NCBI RefSeq assembly: GCF_037042905.1
Contig: NC_087250.1
Span: 22,446,001 to 22,510,000, forward strand
Source of the DNA: Lytechinus pictus
Taxonomy: Eukaryota
DNA: 64,000 bases
Reading direction: 5' to 3'
Part shown: one piece after another, positions 1 through 14,200 of the stretch
How positions within the stretch are numbered: position 1 is the first letter of the stretch
How the letters are laid out: every line of letters starts with the position of its first letter
The notes under the pieces: generated by a model
What the model was told of the DNA's origin: nothing
Database searches by the model: none
What the model saw: only the letters and a program-made list of their open reading frames with translations
Made by a program: the position numbers and the translations under genes

Positions 1-113
1 TGGCAAAGTGTGGATTGACGCCTTGCCAAAGGACGCTAGGCCATGGTGGGATTCAAACACACAATCCTCTGATTGCAAGGCGAGAGTCAGAACCCCTACA
101 CCACGGCACTTCC
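1..113 (-). mobile_element. tRNA-derived SINE, 5' head (truncated by window edge)
   Basis: Reverse strand shows A-box/B-box-like GTGGTGTAGGGG...GTTTGAATCCC; similar to the copy at about 3350-3450. Confidence 0.65.
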
Positions 114-798
114 ACATTTCCATTTAGTTTTCTCCCACGTGGTCTCGCCCTATTAGTCTATCTACTTTTTGGTCTAATTATCACTTGGTTTACATCCACT
201 ATAATTTCGGGTCTTCCGTTTTCAAAGTGTTGACGCTCTCTAGTTTGTCGTTCTGTATTTTATACTGCCGGGAATAGGCGATCTAAATTTCTGTATATGA
301 TAGGCTTTTATGATGCTGTACTTTCGTCTTATGAGAAGATATCAATTATATTAACCCTTTTGATATCTACAAACATAGAGGCCAGCTATAGTGTATTTAC
401 CATCAGTGCCGTTGACACCCTCTGCGTTCTTTTTCTTGCAATTTATACCGACAGGTATAATAATTGACCTAAATGTCTGATAGACTCATATGGTACCTTA
501 ATGAGGTGAAGATATCAATGAAATTAATCATATCTGCTAACTTACAGGCCGTCTATACTATGTTTACAATCAGTTCTGTTGACGCCCCCTATGTTCATTT
601 CTTGACATTTTATACTGACAGTTATAGGTGACCTACATGTAAATGTGTATGTGATAGACTCATATGTTACTTTCACCTTATTAAGAGAAGATATCAGTGA
701 AATTAGCCTCTTGATATCTGCAAACTTAGAGGCTGTCACAATATTTGAAAAATGTTAATGCCCTCTACCCTATTATTTTTTACATTTTATACTGACAG

Positions 799-929
799 GT
801 ATAGGTGACCTAAACGTCTATGTGATAGATTCATCTGGTACATTTACCCTTGTATGGCAGATGACAGGAGATCAAGGGGATGTGTGGCTGAAGGGAGAGG
901 CTCAAGTCCCAAGTACAGATGAATACCAG
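799..929 (+). CDS. MAM/LDLa gene exon 1 in window (MAM A)
   Basis: [13 protein letters not shown]...[23 protein letters not shown]. Confidence 0.85.
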
Positions 930-3900
930 GTGATTTACTCTAATTGCCAAGTTCACTTTCAACTTTATTATACAAGCCAGTCAAACAATCTAACGTATAC
1001 ATTTAAATAGCAAAAACTAGTAATAATGATTGTACTTGCTTATATAGCTCTTAACACTTTATCAGAAGTGTCTTATTATGCTTCAGTAATGCAGCATAAT
1101 TGCCCTGACTTTAGCAGAGCAGCTGTTAAGCGCACTGTGCTTCAAGGAATGAATTTCTATTAGGTACCCATTCACTTTACCTGGGTTGAGTGCAGCACAA
1201 TGTGAATAAATTTCTTGCTGAAGGAAACTACGCCATGGTTGGAAAATTCAAACAAACAACCTTCTGTTTCATAGTCCAGAGACATATCCACTGGGCCACA
1301 ACGCTCCACATATACTTGTAGAGTATTGAATTACAGAGAAACATAAAGATCTCATCGTTGAAAGAATGCATAAAGTAAAAAGCTGCAAACACATAAAATC
1401 TCTCTTACACAAACATTTTATACTTTTCAAACTGTTATAAACAGGTGTGAATTCAAGTTCTTGGTTGCTCCTCATGTGATAACTGAATACGAGATTTGAG
1501 TAACTTAAAACATACATATAAACAAATTACACGACATGAAAATTATAATGATAATACAAAACATTTATAGGGCGCTTGCTATGGGCATCTTTAAGCATGC
1601 TGTTATTTGTGTATGATTAATATTTGGGGGCAAAAGAAATGGGCATGCTAAAACAAATATCATTAAGTAATGAATTATGAAATAAATAATAATAATATTA
1701 AATGCTGATGTGCACAAACAATTTACTGAGCTACAACTAGAAATCGTATGATAATTAATTGTAATGCGTTATGCTAATTAATAGTATTTTTGTTACATCA
1801 TCAGATTGCATTTGAAGCTGTGTCAACTGGTGCGTTAAAGGGAGATATAGCAATTGATGACGTCGATGTAGACCCATACTCTTGTGGAACTAGTCCTTCC
1901 TCCATTCCAGTAATTTGTAAGTATAGTTTTATATATTAATAGCTAAAGCGTTTACTGAACATATTCTGTATGTTATATTTCCATCATAGCTTGTATGATT
2001 GTCTATGACTATACTTATGGTATAATTACCCATGACATCACTTTTTTTGTATTTTATTGTTTTGTATACCTTTTAATCTAAGGTAGATATGAAAGTAGAA
2101 TCACTCAAGTTTATCTAAGGTAGATATTCAGTAGAATTACTTTACTTTATCTAAGGTAGACATTAAATTAGAATTACTTAACTTTATCAGAGGAAGGTAT
2201 TTAAGTAGAATCACTTGTGTCACTAAGGTAGATATGAAAGTGGAATCACTTAAATGTATCTTAGGTAGATATGAAAGTAGAATCAATTAATTCTACCTTA
2301 GATAGATATGAAAGTAGAATCACATAAGTTTATCTTAGGTAGATATGAAAGTAGAATCATTTAAGTTTATCTTAGGTAGATATGAAAGTAGAATCACTTT
2401 AGTCTATCTTAGGTGGATATAAAAGAAGACTCACTGAGTTTATTTAGGTAGATACTACATCTTTAACATCTCTGAAAAAAGCCACTTAAAGTGGAATTAG
2501 TGCATTACAAATTTGATTGTTTTTTATTTTTATTAAACCCATAACAAGCATTAAAGCTTAGATTTTGAGAAAATATTTGTATGAAATAAATATGCAACCA
2601 AACTTTCAGCATTTTCACCTTTTGTGCGTTACTCCTCTTTAAGCAATGGACTGTACCTTTGAGCTCGACACATGCCCCTACTCACAGCTCAGCAGTGACG
2701 ATTTTGATTGGACAAGAAACCAGCAAACCACGCCCAGTATAGAAACAGGCCCCACCTTCGACCACACCACCGGGTCAGGCTGGTACATGTACATCGAAGC
2801 GTCCAACGGCATTAATGCTGGTGACCGCGCCCAACTCCTCGGCCCTGCCCAGAACCCAACGGGAGATGCGCCCAAATGTCTGGTGTTCTGGCTGCACATG
2901 TACGGTCCACATATCAATCGGTTTAATGCGTACATGCAAAGAGAGGGGCAGCAAGATGTGAAGCTCTACACTAAATATGGCTCGCAGGGAAGCAATTGGT
3001 TTAAAGCTCAGAAAGAGATTGTGTCATCAATAAACTGGAATGTAAGTAATTGCAATTGTTGTGGATTAGTTTGGCCAATTAGCTAATTTGTAACTATCAT
3101 TTATCTTTTATTTTTCGAAATACTGAGATAATGATAATAATGATAATCCGTTTGATATAGTGATTTATGCATCGCAACACATACATGTGTATAGTATTAC
3201 TCTGGTCATTGGGTCTTTGTTATTGCTTGCACATATGCAATGTATGCACCTTCTCCACTCTCAGGAATCATTCCAACAAGAATTTCCAAACTCAACAGAT
3301 ATGCATAATACGTAGACTTCAGCATTCTATTGGGTACCCATTTAACATGGGTGGCAGAATAACGGATTGCCAAAGGACACTAGGCCGTGCTTGGGATTTG
3401 ACCTCATGACCCTCTGATTCCAAGCAAGAGTCTGAACCGTTACATCACGATGCATTCACAATGAATTGAACAGTTTATGTTGCAGAAACGTAATATTCAC
3501 TAATCATAAGACTCGTATGATGAAGTGCAAATTTTTCAAACTGATGATTTTCTTTTATCATAGATCCTGTTTGAAGGCGTGGTTGGAGATAATTACTTAG
3601 GAGACATCGCTCTTGATGATGTGATATTGTATGAGGGAGCATGCCCACAAGAAGGTTTGTTTATAAAAGATTACCTGCAAAATATTTGTTTAAAATAATC
3701 TGTTAAATAATGATGGAGTGAAAGATGGAGGAGATGAAGAAGAACAAAAAGAAAAGAAAAAGAAATAGAGGAAGAAGAAACCTAACTTTTGTGTTGCAAA
3801 TCTTTATCGAATTCCATCTAAAGTTTTCTCCAAACACCCCCATATTCTGCTTGTTTATTTCATTCTGTTGCTTGGAAATATCGAAACTTGACAAGTGTGT

Positions 3901-6900
3901 ACCCCCACCCCACTGTCAGGAAAAAATTATTTCATACAACAATGCTTGAATAAAAGAGTGGCAGTATCATATTTTGACGCAGGCCAAGAAGTTCGAATGG
4001 TTACATTATTTGACTGTAATAAATTACAGGGACATCCATGCTCTTTCACTTTTTATTTCATTTGTTTTTCCTCCACACCTTTTCCTTGAACTATCATTAC
4101 CCCTGCTTACCCTACCCCCGCTCCCTAGTAGCAGTACACCTAAATACATAACATACGCTTTTGTTTGACGAATCACAAATCATTTACAACTCTGAAAGCT
4201 AAAAATATCCCCTTTTTTCATATCATCTTTTCAGTTACCTGTGACTTTGAGCTGGACTTCTGCGGCTGGACCCAGGACCAGACCGATGAGTTTGATTGGA
4301 CCAGGGATGCAAGAGGGACAGGATCTAGTAATACAGGACCAAGTTACGACCATTCGACAGGCACAGCAGAAGGTACATTTGCTTTGAATTAAATTCAATA
4401 ATATGCTGCTGCTGTCAACGTAAATGGAAATGGCCAACTCAAGGACACGGTGCTTAGCCGTCCTTACACCCTCCTGCTGCTACGTTAGGAATCAGGCCAA
4501 TAATACATTGACTTCAGTGGGGCTAATTATATATTCATGAGGTCACATCTTGGGGCCCCATAAACCTATTCCCACCATATTTGGGTTGTGGGGGTTTTTC
4601 ATCATGCTCTACAAAAAAATAATGATATCAAGAAACGTTGATATGCAAAACGTGAAAATTGATGGTGTCACACTTCGGTACTCTATATTATAGCATTTTT
4701 TATTGGATAGTATTACCCTTTTTACATCGTATCCTGTTTAATTTCATTACGCCTTTTTAGCATGTTATACTTTCTTTATTTCTGTTCAAGCTACTCTGTA
4801 TGAATTTTTGTGAATAGATAAATAATATTTTAAAAAATAAAAGATACCACTGCCAACAATAACCAACGATATTCCTAGCATTGAGAAAAATCAAAAGTTA
4901 GAGGCCAATGGGTGTCCATGTTTTCAAATGGTGACAATTCAAATTCATCATGTTATTAAAGCTTGCAATAGCAAATCGATGAGAAGTCTATTGGAAAAAG
5001 TAGGAATGGAGGGAAGTCACTGTGGGTGCAAAGAGAATGACCGGGCAAAATGCGACAACTTACGTGAGATGTCGCAATTCAAAAACAAAAAAAATCATGA
5101 TATCCACTGTTTTTATACAACCTATGGGCTGTTTAACAAACAGTAAAGTATGAATTAGAGGCGTACTTAAACGCCGATGCGCACATATGATTCAACGTAT
5201 AATCTGATTGATGGATACGCGGTAGTGCGCGTCCCGTGCGCATGATCTGACCAATGTGGTGATTTGTTCTATTCGCACATAACTGGCGTTTAAGTGCAAC
5301 TTTTAAGTCCTACTTAAATCTTTGTGAAACACCCCCCCCCCCACTCCCGATCCCCTGTCCTGTTTTCTCATTACAGGTTTCTACGCGTTTATTGAAGTTT
5401 CATCACCGAGAGTACAGGGTGACCGAGCGATCCTCATCAGTCCCACATACCAAGATACAAGTAGTGAATGCTTCAGACTCTGGTATCATCTACTGGGGAA
5501 AGCTATAGGAGAGCTGAATGTCTATATCAAGGATGAGGTGACAGGGACAACGACCGCTCCACTGTTCAGTAAATCAGGTCAGTTCTTAAAAATAACCATT
5601 ATGATAATGATGATAAGTTCATTTCATTTCGTTTATTTCCATTTCCAACATTTTCAATAATTGCGTTTTGTTCCATACATCTTGATGTATATAGAAGCAA
5701 AGAAGATTTATATGTACATTAAATCAAGATAATCATATAAGCAGGTTTGGAATGGAGGAGGCTGCTAAAAAGCAGAGCTTGTAGTGTGCAGCCTCCTACT
5801 GAAGAATAATCGAGTGTGGATTTGTATATGCTACTATATGGCAGGGATTCCAAGATTAAGATAACAGCAAAACCCCTTTACTTACTTTACATTATTCATT
5901 AATAATCATATAGTTTACGATCTTCCGTCAATTTGGTAGCTATCATTTGAATTGGTTTTGTATAAAATGTGAATATTTTGTTAACTAATTTTAGCCTGAT
6001 GAATATTTTTGAAATGTTCGTGAAGTTTGGACACCTCATTATAATTATCTGTTATTTTAAAATGAGTAAGTTGGCGCATCATCCCTGTTTTTTTTTTTTA
6101 ATAAACAGGTCCTCCTTCAGATGCCTGGCGCTTTGCTCAAATTGACATCTCCTCGCCCCATCGCTACCGGATCCTTGTTGAGGGGGTCAGAGGTAGTGGT
6201 GTACAGGGGGATATCGCTATTGACGATATTGAGGTCATCCCAGGAGCCTGTCCAAAGCAAGGTATGAAAGAAAAATCACAAGAATTTGCTGTCGAGTACA
6301 AGCTGTAAGCCACAATTTGTTTCGAGTAATAATTCACAAAGATGTAGGACTGAGTTTCCATATTCAGTCATCCATAATTAAACCATAGATTGAAGCCAAG
6401 TTGTTGTTGGTAAAGTTTTGGGCAAATCCGTCAGTTTTACTATAATTTGCCATGGTGTCACACTCTTTACCTATTTAGATCATATGTAGATGCTTGTAAG
6501 GTGAAAATGTGCATATTTATGTATTTATTGTAGTTCAATTATTTTTTTTGCATGCATGATAACTATTCCAAGGGAAAGGAAAATGTATGGAATGTTGTTT
6601 TAACAATGAGGTAGTGTCAGGGTGCTTCATAAGCACTTGCCCAATTGCCAGGGGCAAGTAAAAGTTAGAGTCGGACAAGTGTTTTGAAGTAAAGACCAAA
6701 ACTACTTTCCCCGAATTGGGCAAGTAAAATTCTCACAGTAGAATGACCAAAATTAGGGTTGATATGATATATCGGCCTTAATTTTGGTCATGGCAGGCAA
6801 GATAAAATTACTTTGGAAAAATAAATGGAATAACAAAGTAGGTCTAGATCAGTTCATGTCAAAAGGGAGAAAAAGGGCAATGGTTTATAAAACCGCAAAA

Positions 6901-9900
6901 CTTTCTTTTGAAGATGTAAAAAAAAAATTCAATGATTTTTTTCGGGCAAGTGAAATAGATTTTTGGGCAAGTATATTCCACCTGTTTTAAAATTTACTTG
7001 CCCGACCGGGCAAGTGCTTCTAAAACGTTATGTAGCACCCTGAGTGTAGTCATTCATTGTGTTTTTAGGGTGAAGCTAATGTTTCAGATTAAGGATTTTG
7101 GTTTACATGTACCGGTAGTTATATGTTGAGTTAAAGAAAATAATAAGGCAACATTTATACAACACTTATTACAATTTGTCTTAGCACTTCATACTATTAC
7201 TATCATTGAGCTGCCTTTCGAATATTTGTTTTCTAACAGGGTCATGTGACTTTGAAGATGGACTATGTGGCTGGTCTCAAGAGGTCCAGAATGATGTATT
7301 TGATTGGCTCAGGACCAGTGGGTCTACACCTAGTGGAGGAACGGGACCTAGTCAGGATCACACTACAGGATCAGCTGCAGGTGTGTATGATAAATAGTGT
7401 TGTGGGTATAACCCCATTGGTTAGAACACAGTGTGTACACAGTGTATTCACAGGGTGTTCACAGTGTGTTTACAGTGTGTTCAGTGTATTCACAGTGTGT
7501 TTACAGTGTATTCACAGGGTGTTCACAGTGTGTTTATGTTGTATTAATAGTGTGTTCACAGTGTGTTTACAGTGTATTCACAGTGTGTTCACAGTGTGTT
7601 TACATTGTATTAATAGTGTGTTCACAGTGTATTCACAGTGTCTGTATTCACAGTGTGTTCAGTGTGTTTATGCTCTGTTCATTGTATGTTCACAGTGTGT
7701 TCAAAGTGTGTTTACATTGTATTAATAGTGTGTTCACAGTGTGTTTACAGTGTATTCACAGGGTGTTCACAGTGTGTTTACATTGTATTAATAGTGTGTT
7801 CACAGTGTGTTTACAGTGTATTCACATTGTCTGTATTCACAGTGTGTTCAGTGTATTCACAGGGTGTTCACAGTGTGTTTACATTGTATTAATAGTGTGT
7901 TCACAGTGTGTTTACAGTGTATTCACATTGTCTGTATTCACAGTGTGTTCAGTGTGTTTACGCTCTGTTCATTGTATGTTCACAGTGTGTCTACAGTGTA
8001 TTAACAGTGTGTTCAAAGTGTGTTTACAGTGTATTAACAGTGTGTTCACACTGTGTTTACTGTGTATTAAAGGTGTGATCACAGTGTGTTCATGGTGTGT
8101 TCATAGTGTTTACAGTGTGTTCATTGTGAGTTCAAAGTATATTCACAATGTGTTCATATTGTGGATTACGTGAAAATATGCCTCATACTTTGAAAATGCT
8201 TAAATTCATCATTGTAGAAATAATTTTATGCAATGGATGCCTCTCCAGTGTGAATATTCAGTGTGTTCACATAGTTGACTATGTGAAAATGTGATTTAAA
8301 CTGTTACATTGCCTAAATTTAAAAATGTGGAGATAAATTAACACTGTGGAAATCTTTACAGTGTGTGTTCACATTATGTTCACAAAGTGGACTATGTAAA
8401 ACTTTGATTCACACTTTTTAAATGCTAAATTCAATTAAATTCAGCAAGGAGATAATTTCGCACTGTGACTACCTCAAATGTGTAAATATCCACAGTGTGT
8501 TCACATAGTTGACTATGTGAATATGTAATTTACATTGTTAAATTACTCAAATTTAACATTGTACAGATAATTTCACACTGTGAATACCCTACACAGTGAG
8601 TTTTCACAGTATGGAGATAATATTATACTGTGGACATCTCTACACTGTACATGTTAACAGTGTGAACAAATAGTGGACTACATGCCTGACAATCTTCAAA
8701 TTCTCAAATTTAAGAAGTTTGGATATAATTTCATAGTGTTGACACCTCGACTTTGTGCATGTGCACAGTATGTTCACATAATGTACTATGTGAAGATGTT
8801 ATTCATACCGTTGAAATGCTCAAGCTTAAAAAAAAAATTACTGTAGAGTGCTTACAGCCTTCTAATTAATAAAAAGTGCCAGATAGGCCTGTGTGATTGT
8901 TATCATTGTTTGGGGAATTTCGTGTCAATTGATTTGAAAATATATTTATTTCCAGTGGACATTAAATCCTTTTATATCTGTTATGAACAGTTTGTAATGT
9001 TATTCATATCCATTTATTGTTCTATTCTCTTGGATGATTGCGTTCATTAACTATTATGCACCAATCAATATTTTCTAGCTTCTCTTCTTCATGATAATAT
9101 AGCATTTGTATAGTGCACGTATCCACCTTGCTAGGTGCTCAAGGCGCTCCTATATTACCCCGGCTAAGCTAGTCTAACGATTCTGGTGTGCACAGCTTTT
9201 TGGGGAATTACTTCCTGCCAGTACCCATTTACCTCACCTGGGTCGAGTGCAGCACAGTGTGGATAAATTTCTTGCTGAAGGAAAACACGCCATGGCTAGG
9301 ATTCGAATCCACGACCCTCTGTTTGAAAGACGAGAGTCAGAACCACTAGACCACGATGCAGCATTCACATTATGATATTTCCTAGTTTAATGTTTTTCAA
9401 TTGGATATTACATATACTTTGAGGCATTGCATTCATTGTATTTAAAATGTATTAAACTGTGTTACTTTTGACTTGTAATAACCTATTGTAATATGTATGA
9501 AGTTCATAATTATTTTGCACCAATCGGTATATCCTTCTTTCACTTGTTTTTAAATAGGATATTACGTATACTTTGAGACCTCTCTGCCATCCATTCAGTC
9601 CAGTGACAATGCAGTGCTAAACAGTGAACATTTTGACCCCACCAATGAAGGCTGTCTTACTATGTGGTATCATATGTATGGTGCAGGTAAGCTGAATTTG
9701 CCCAGATTTTGATATATCTTTTGTGACACTATTTGATTATTGATGGCATATTTCATACAGTATTATTTATTATGATCTACATTCGGCGCATATTGTAGGC
9801 TTAAGTCTTTCATGACTAAAATTTGTTTAACTTAAGCTAATCATTGCACACTCCAAATTGGCAACACAATGAAAACAATTAAATCACTATCTAAAAATGC

Positions 9901-11196
9901 AAGTTGGCATCTATTCAGTAGATTCATTTGTTTATCATTAATTTGTATCCATACGTAAGCCGTTAAACTTGAGCTAATCATTATACACTCTAAATTGGCA
10001 ACACAATGAAAGCACCTCAATCACTTTTTAAAACACAAATTGGCAACTTTTCAATAAATTTTACTCATGCTCTATCCATATTTTACTTCAAAATAAGAAA
10101 ATTATTGTTGCCAATTTGAGGAAGAAAAGTAGATTAATTTTTAATGTATAAAAGCTGTTTGCCTCTAGGTGTCAATCAAATTTCCTGTTTCTTCCAATGC
10201 AGGTGTTGGTGAGTTGAATGTGTATTCAGTGAATAACTCAGGATCACAGGTTCAGCTATGGTCTAAAAGTGGTGATCAAGGAAATGTGTGGCTGAAAGGA
10301 CAGGTTCCTCTTTCAAGTGATACTGAATTCAGGGTAAGACTGTGTTATTAATCCATTTTCTTCACTTTGCATTGTGAATTGCAATGTAGGACCAAGATAT
10401 GTTGCATAAGAATTATGTGTTTTTGATGTTTCTTGATTCAATTTATAAAAATATTAGGCTAGGCCATTTTCGTTAGTCAGGTTGGGTGACTTACGAAAAT
10501 GGCCTAGCCAAATATTTTCAAAAACTGGGTCTGTATTTTTTCATTTCATGCTGATTTATTCATAACTTGAAATCAGAATTTCTCTTATAAATCAAGCAAA
10601 TAAATAGACCTGAAGGTCAAAGTATTCTTACTTTGTGGTCCACATACTCTCTTCATTGATTTTAGCAAGTCTATCTAGATGATGTAACAATAATAAACTT
10701 TCCTTTGTGGTTTGTTGTTTATATATTTCATATGCATTTCAATGTTTCTCTTTTGTTTTCAATTACTAAAAATATGGTAAGATTTCAGCCAATTTTAAAT
10801 TCTTAAAAGATTTTTATTGATGTTGTTGCGTTCCTTGTAGATCCAACTAGAAGCTGTCTATCTTATTGACTCAACTGGAGACATTGCCATTGATGATGTA
10901 GATGTTGAAATGGTACCGTGCTCTCAACTCACGACTGCAGCACCAATCCCCTCCATGACACCAACACCAGGTATTGTGTTTGTACACCATTCTCTTCCAC
11001 AATTTACCAGTATCTTTCATCTGTTTTCATCAAAACCATTGTAATAGGATATAGATTAAAAAATCTAGAAAATTTAGTCAAAAATTTGCCATACATTGGT
11101 TGTGCATTTATTATCATATGATCTCTACCTATAAGATAAATTTTATATCCTATTGGAATGAAAATTATAATGTTTTTAGCAAAAGGGCAAGTGATC

Positions 11197-11259
<63 letters not shown>

Positions 11260-14200
11260 TTCTCTCTTTTGAAGACTGTCTTGGTTAACTATTTCTGTTT
11301 CATAAAGTGTAAAAGGCAGAAATAGTAACGAGTTGCCGATTAATAAGGCTACATTTATTTATTTGGAAGGAGGAAAAGCAAAACTTAAAAGAACTTGTTT
11401 TTATTAAGTAACTGCAAAGGGTTATGTTTCTTTTTTTTTATTTTTATTGAAGGAAGTATTCAACATCTTATTTTTATTCATCCCATCATATTTCCTCATG
11501 ATGATATGTTTATTTTATCACTACAAATCTTGAATATCATATTTTACCGTACATAGAGACTGCCTCGACAGAACCTTTGTTTTGTTCTTTTGCAGCTTCC
11601 ATTTCATGTTCATTTTTATGCATGTACTGTAAATAGCCTCTGTACAATCTTTGCTTTCTTATCTTACTTGCATCTTACTATGTATGTTTGTTTCTTCTTT
11701 TTTTTTTATTGTTTGTGTGTTTTTTACCGTTTTTATATGCTCAATGTATTTTAATGGACTTGAATAAATCATGAATTGAAATTTAAAAAAATGAAAAAGT
11801 ATATTAATTGCATTTTCTTCCTTTTTTCTACCTTTATCATCTTAAAGCTCCAGTCATATCTTTCTGTACATTTGAGATTGATATGTGTGATTTCACCCAG
11901 GATGATGTAGGCGATGATTTTGATTGGCTACGGACTTCCGGGGCCACACCCACTCTAGGGACTGGTCCACAGGTTGACCACACCCTCAGAAACATTAATG
12001 GTAACCTTTCAGAAATGTTCTCATTTATAATTAATTTTTCATATTTTTGTTATGTAGCTACTTTTTGGGAGTGGTTTTCACTGTACTTAGATATTTCTTT
12101 TTTCTCAATACACGAGTTTGGCATCAACTAACTATAGAAAGATCCCAAACATAAAAATACTTTGTGTAACCAATTTCTTTGTAAGTTTCTTGACTTTGCT
12201 ATGTTATGTTAGTATTTTCATTTCACTGAAATAAAAATTTCAGTCTACAAGGGATAAATCTTTTTGTATAAATTTGTAGATCTGATTTTCTCAACAATTA
12301 TTTTTTTATATTAATCATTTACATGTACCTTATGATTTTTTTAACATATATATCAAAACTAAATGCCATAACTTACAGACTTCATTGGAATTCTCATTAA
12401 TTCACTTAGTAAAGAAAAATAATATTAACTGAATATTAACTGAAATAATTAAGACCTACCTTCTGATAAGAGTCAAATGGATGCTAACCATGCATAACTA
12501 ATACTGGGCAGCGTGGCTTGCACATATTACAGCCACATTGATGAAGTAATGAATTGATGTAGAGGTCAGATGTTGAGCCGTAGGTCAGGACTTATAAATG
12601 AAAAATTGGTTCCAGGGCCGCGTCTTACAAAGAGATACGATTGATCCGATCAATCGTAACTTTATGGAAATCCATCAGTGTCATAATTTTTTCTACGAAA
12701 AATTTGCACAATGTCCTTTGTATGCAAAGAGAAGCACAGTGAACTTTCAAGAAAACAATGAATGCATGAATATACATCATCGCTAGAAAATATTTTGAAC
12801 AAACGTGCATAATAGATGTTGACGTTGCTGGCCATCCATAGTTGCGTTCGATCGGATCAATCGTAACTCTTTGTAAGATGGGGCCCAGGTGTACATCATA
12901 ACTGGCTAATAGACATCCGTTTAAAACTCATTTATAACAAAGAACTTTTCTCCTTTTCAATCAGGGTATTACATGTACGCGGAAGCCGATGGACATCTAC
13001 TCGGTGAGCATGCATCACTTCTGTCAGTTCCCATGGCGACAGGCTCCCAAGGAATGTGTGTTACATGGTGGTATCATATGTATGGTCCGGATGTGAATCG
13101 TCTGGAGGTCTACGCCCAGAGGAGCGGGGGCGGTGATGAGGTGTTGTGGAGTAGATCCGGAGACCAGGGCAATGAGTGGATGGTTGGACAGGTTTATGTG
13201 ACCGGAGATTTTACAGTGAGTGATATATATATATATATATTTCAATTTTGATTCAGTCTATTGGTTGTAGGCTAGAGTTGTTGAAAGCGAGTGGAGCACC
13301 TTCTCCACCCCCTGCCTATACTGTTAACTTCCCGAATTATGTCATTGATGGCTCCATTGGGCATGGAAGCAAATGCTCACCCCCCCACCCCTACCTCCCA
13401 TGTAGAATCTTAGAAGGCTGAAAAAGTGTACATAGTAGTAAATAAGTCTAAACACTATGAGAGGCATATTATTTAAATAGTAAAGTGATATAAGGCATCA
13501 AATTCTACTATTACTCCTTACCAATTCAAAATGTTGTATTTAGTATAACCACATTATGTGTGATATCTTATTCTTAGCTTGGAGATTATGGTTTGTATCC
13601 TAATTGATAATAATTATATATGTGATTTGTAATGCGCCAAATACACTCGGCAGAGTGCCCAAGGCGCAGTGAATTATCTCCTAGATTATACAAAGTTTAC
13701 TGCTGGTATTCAAGCTGTAATGTGAACTATAGCATCCAATTTATTACTACCCCTTACCATTTCAATTTGTAATGGTAATGGTAATGACCCTGTGATCTAA
13801 AGTATTATCTTGTTCTTGCCTTGTTGATTATGGTTAATATTATAATTCTATACGCTCTAGATAAAGTTTACTGGCGTTGTTGGAAATGGTGCGAGAGGGG
13901 ACATAGCTCTTGATGACATCACAATGAGCAGTGGTCAATGCCCTTCATCAGGTGAGTGTAAAATTAATATTGATTTTTCTGAATTTCTGGATCGCATGAA
14001 GCAGGGGCAGATACAGGATTTTCCAAAATGGGGGGGGGCACATTTTCCCTAGGAAAATTTGACAACCAAAAAAAACAAGGTCCTCACTTCTGTATGAACG
14101 TCATATTCCCATTAAAAATATATGTGACCTACCACCCTAAAACCACCAATAAGTCGCCAGGTAAGGTTCTCCGTAAATAGCCAAAATAGTTATTTAGTCT

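Noticed and set aside
2075..2455. CRISPR-like array of about 37-bp repeats
   Set aside because: Units are head-to-tail with no unique spacers, the context is a eukaryotic intron, and there are no cas genes
7246..8173. Long Cys/Val-rich ORFs (159-246 aa) in several frames
   Set aside because: Artefacts of a stop-poor satellite inside an intron
9285..9360. tRNA gene (also 40-113, 55950-56024)
   Set aside because: The tRNA-like heads are fused to a shared core and AAT tail and lack a complete cloverleaf; they are SINEs
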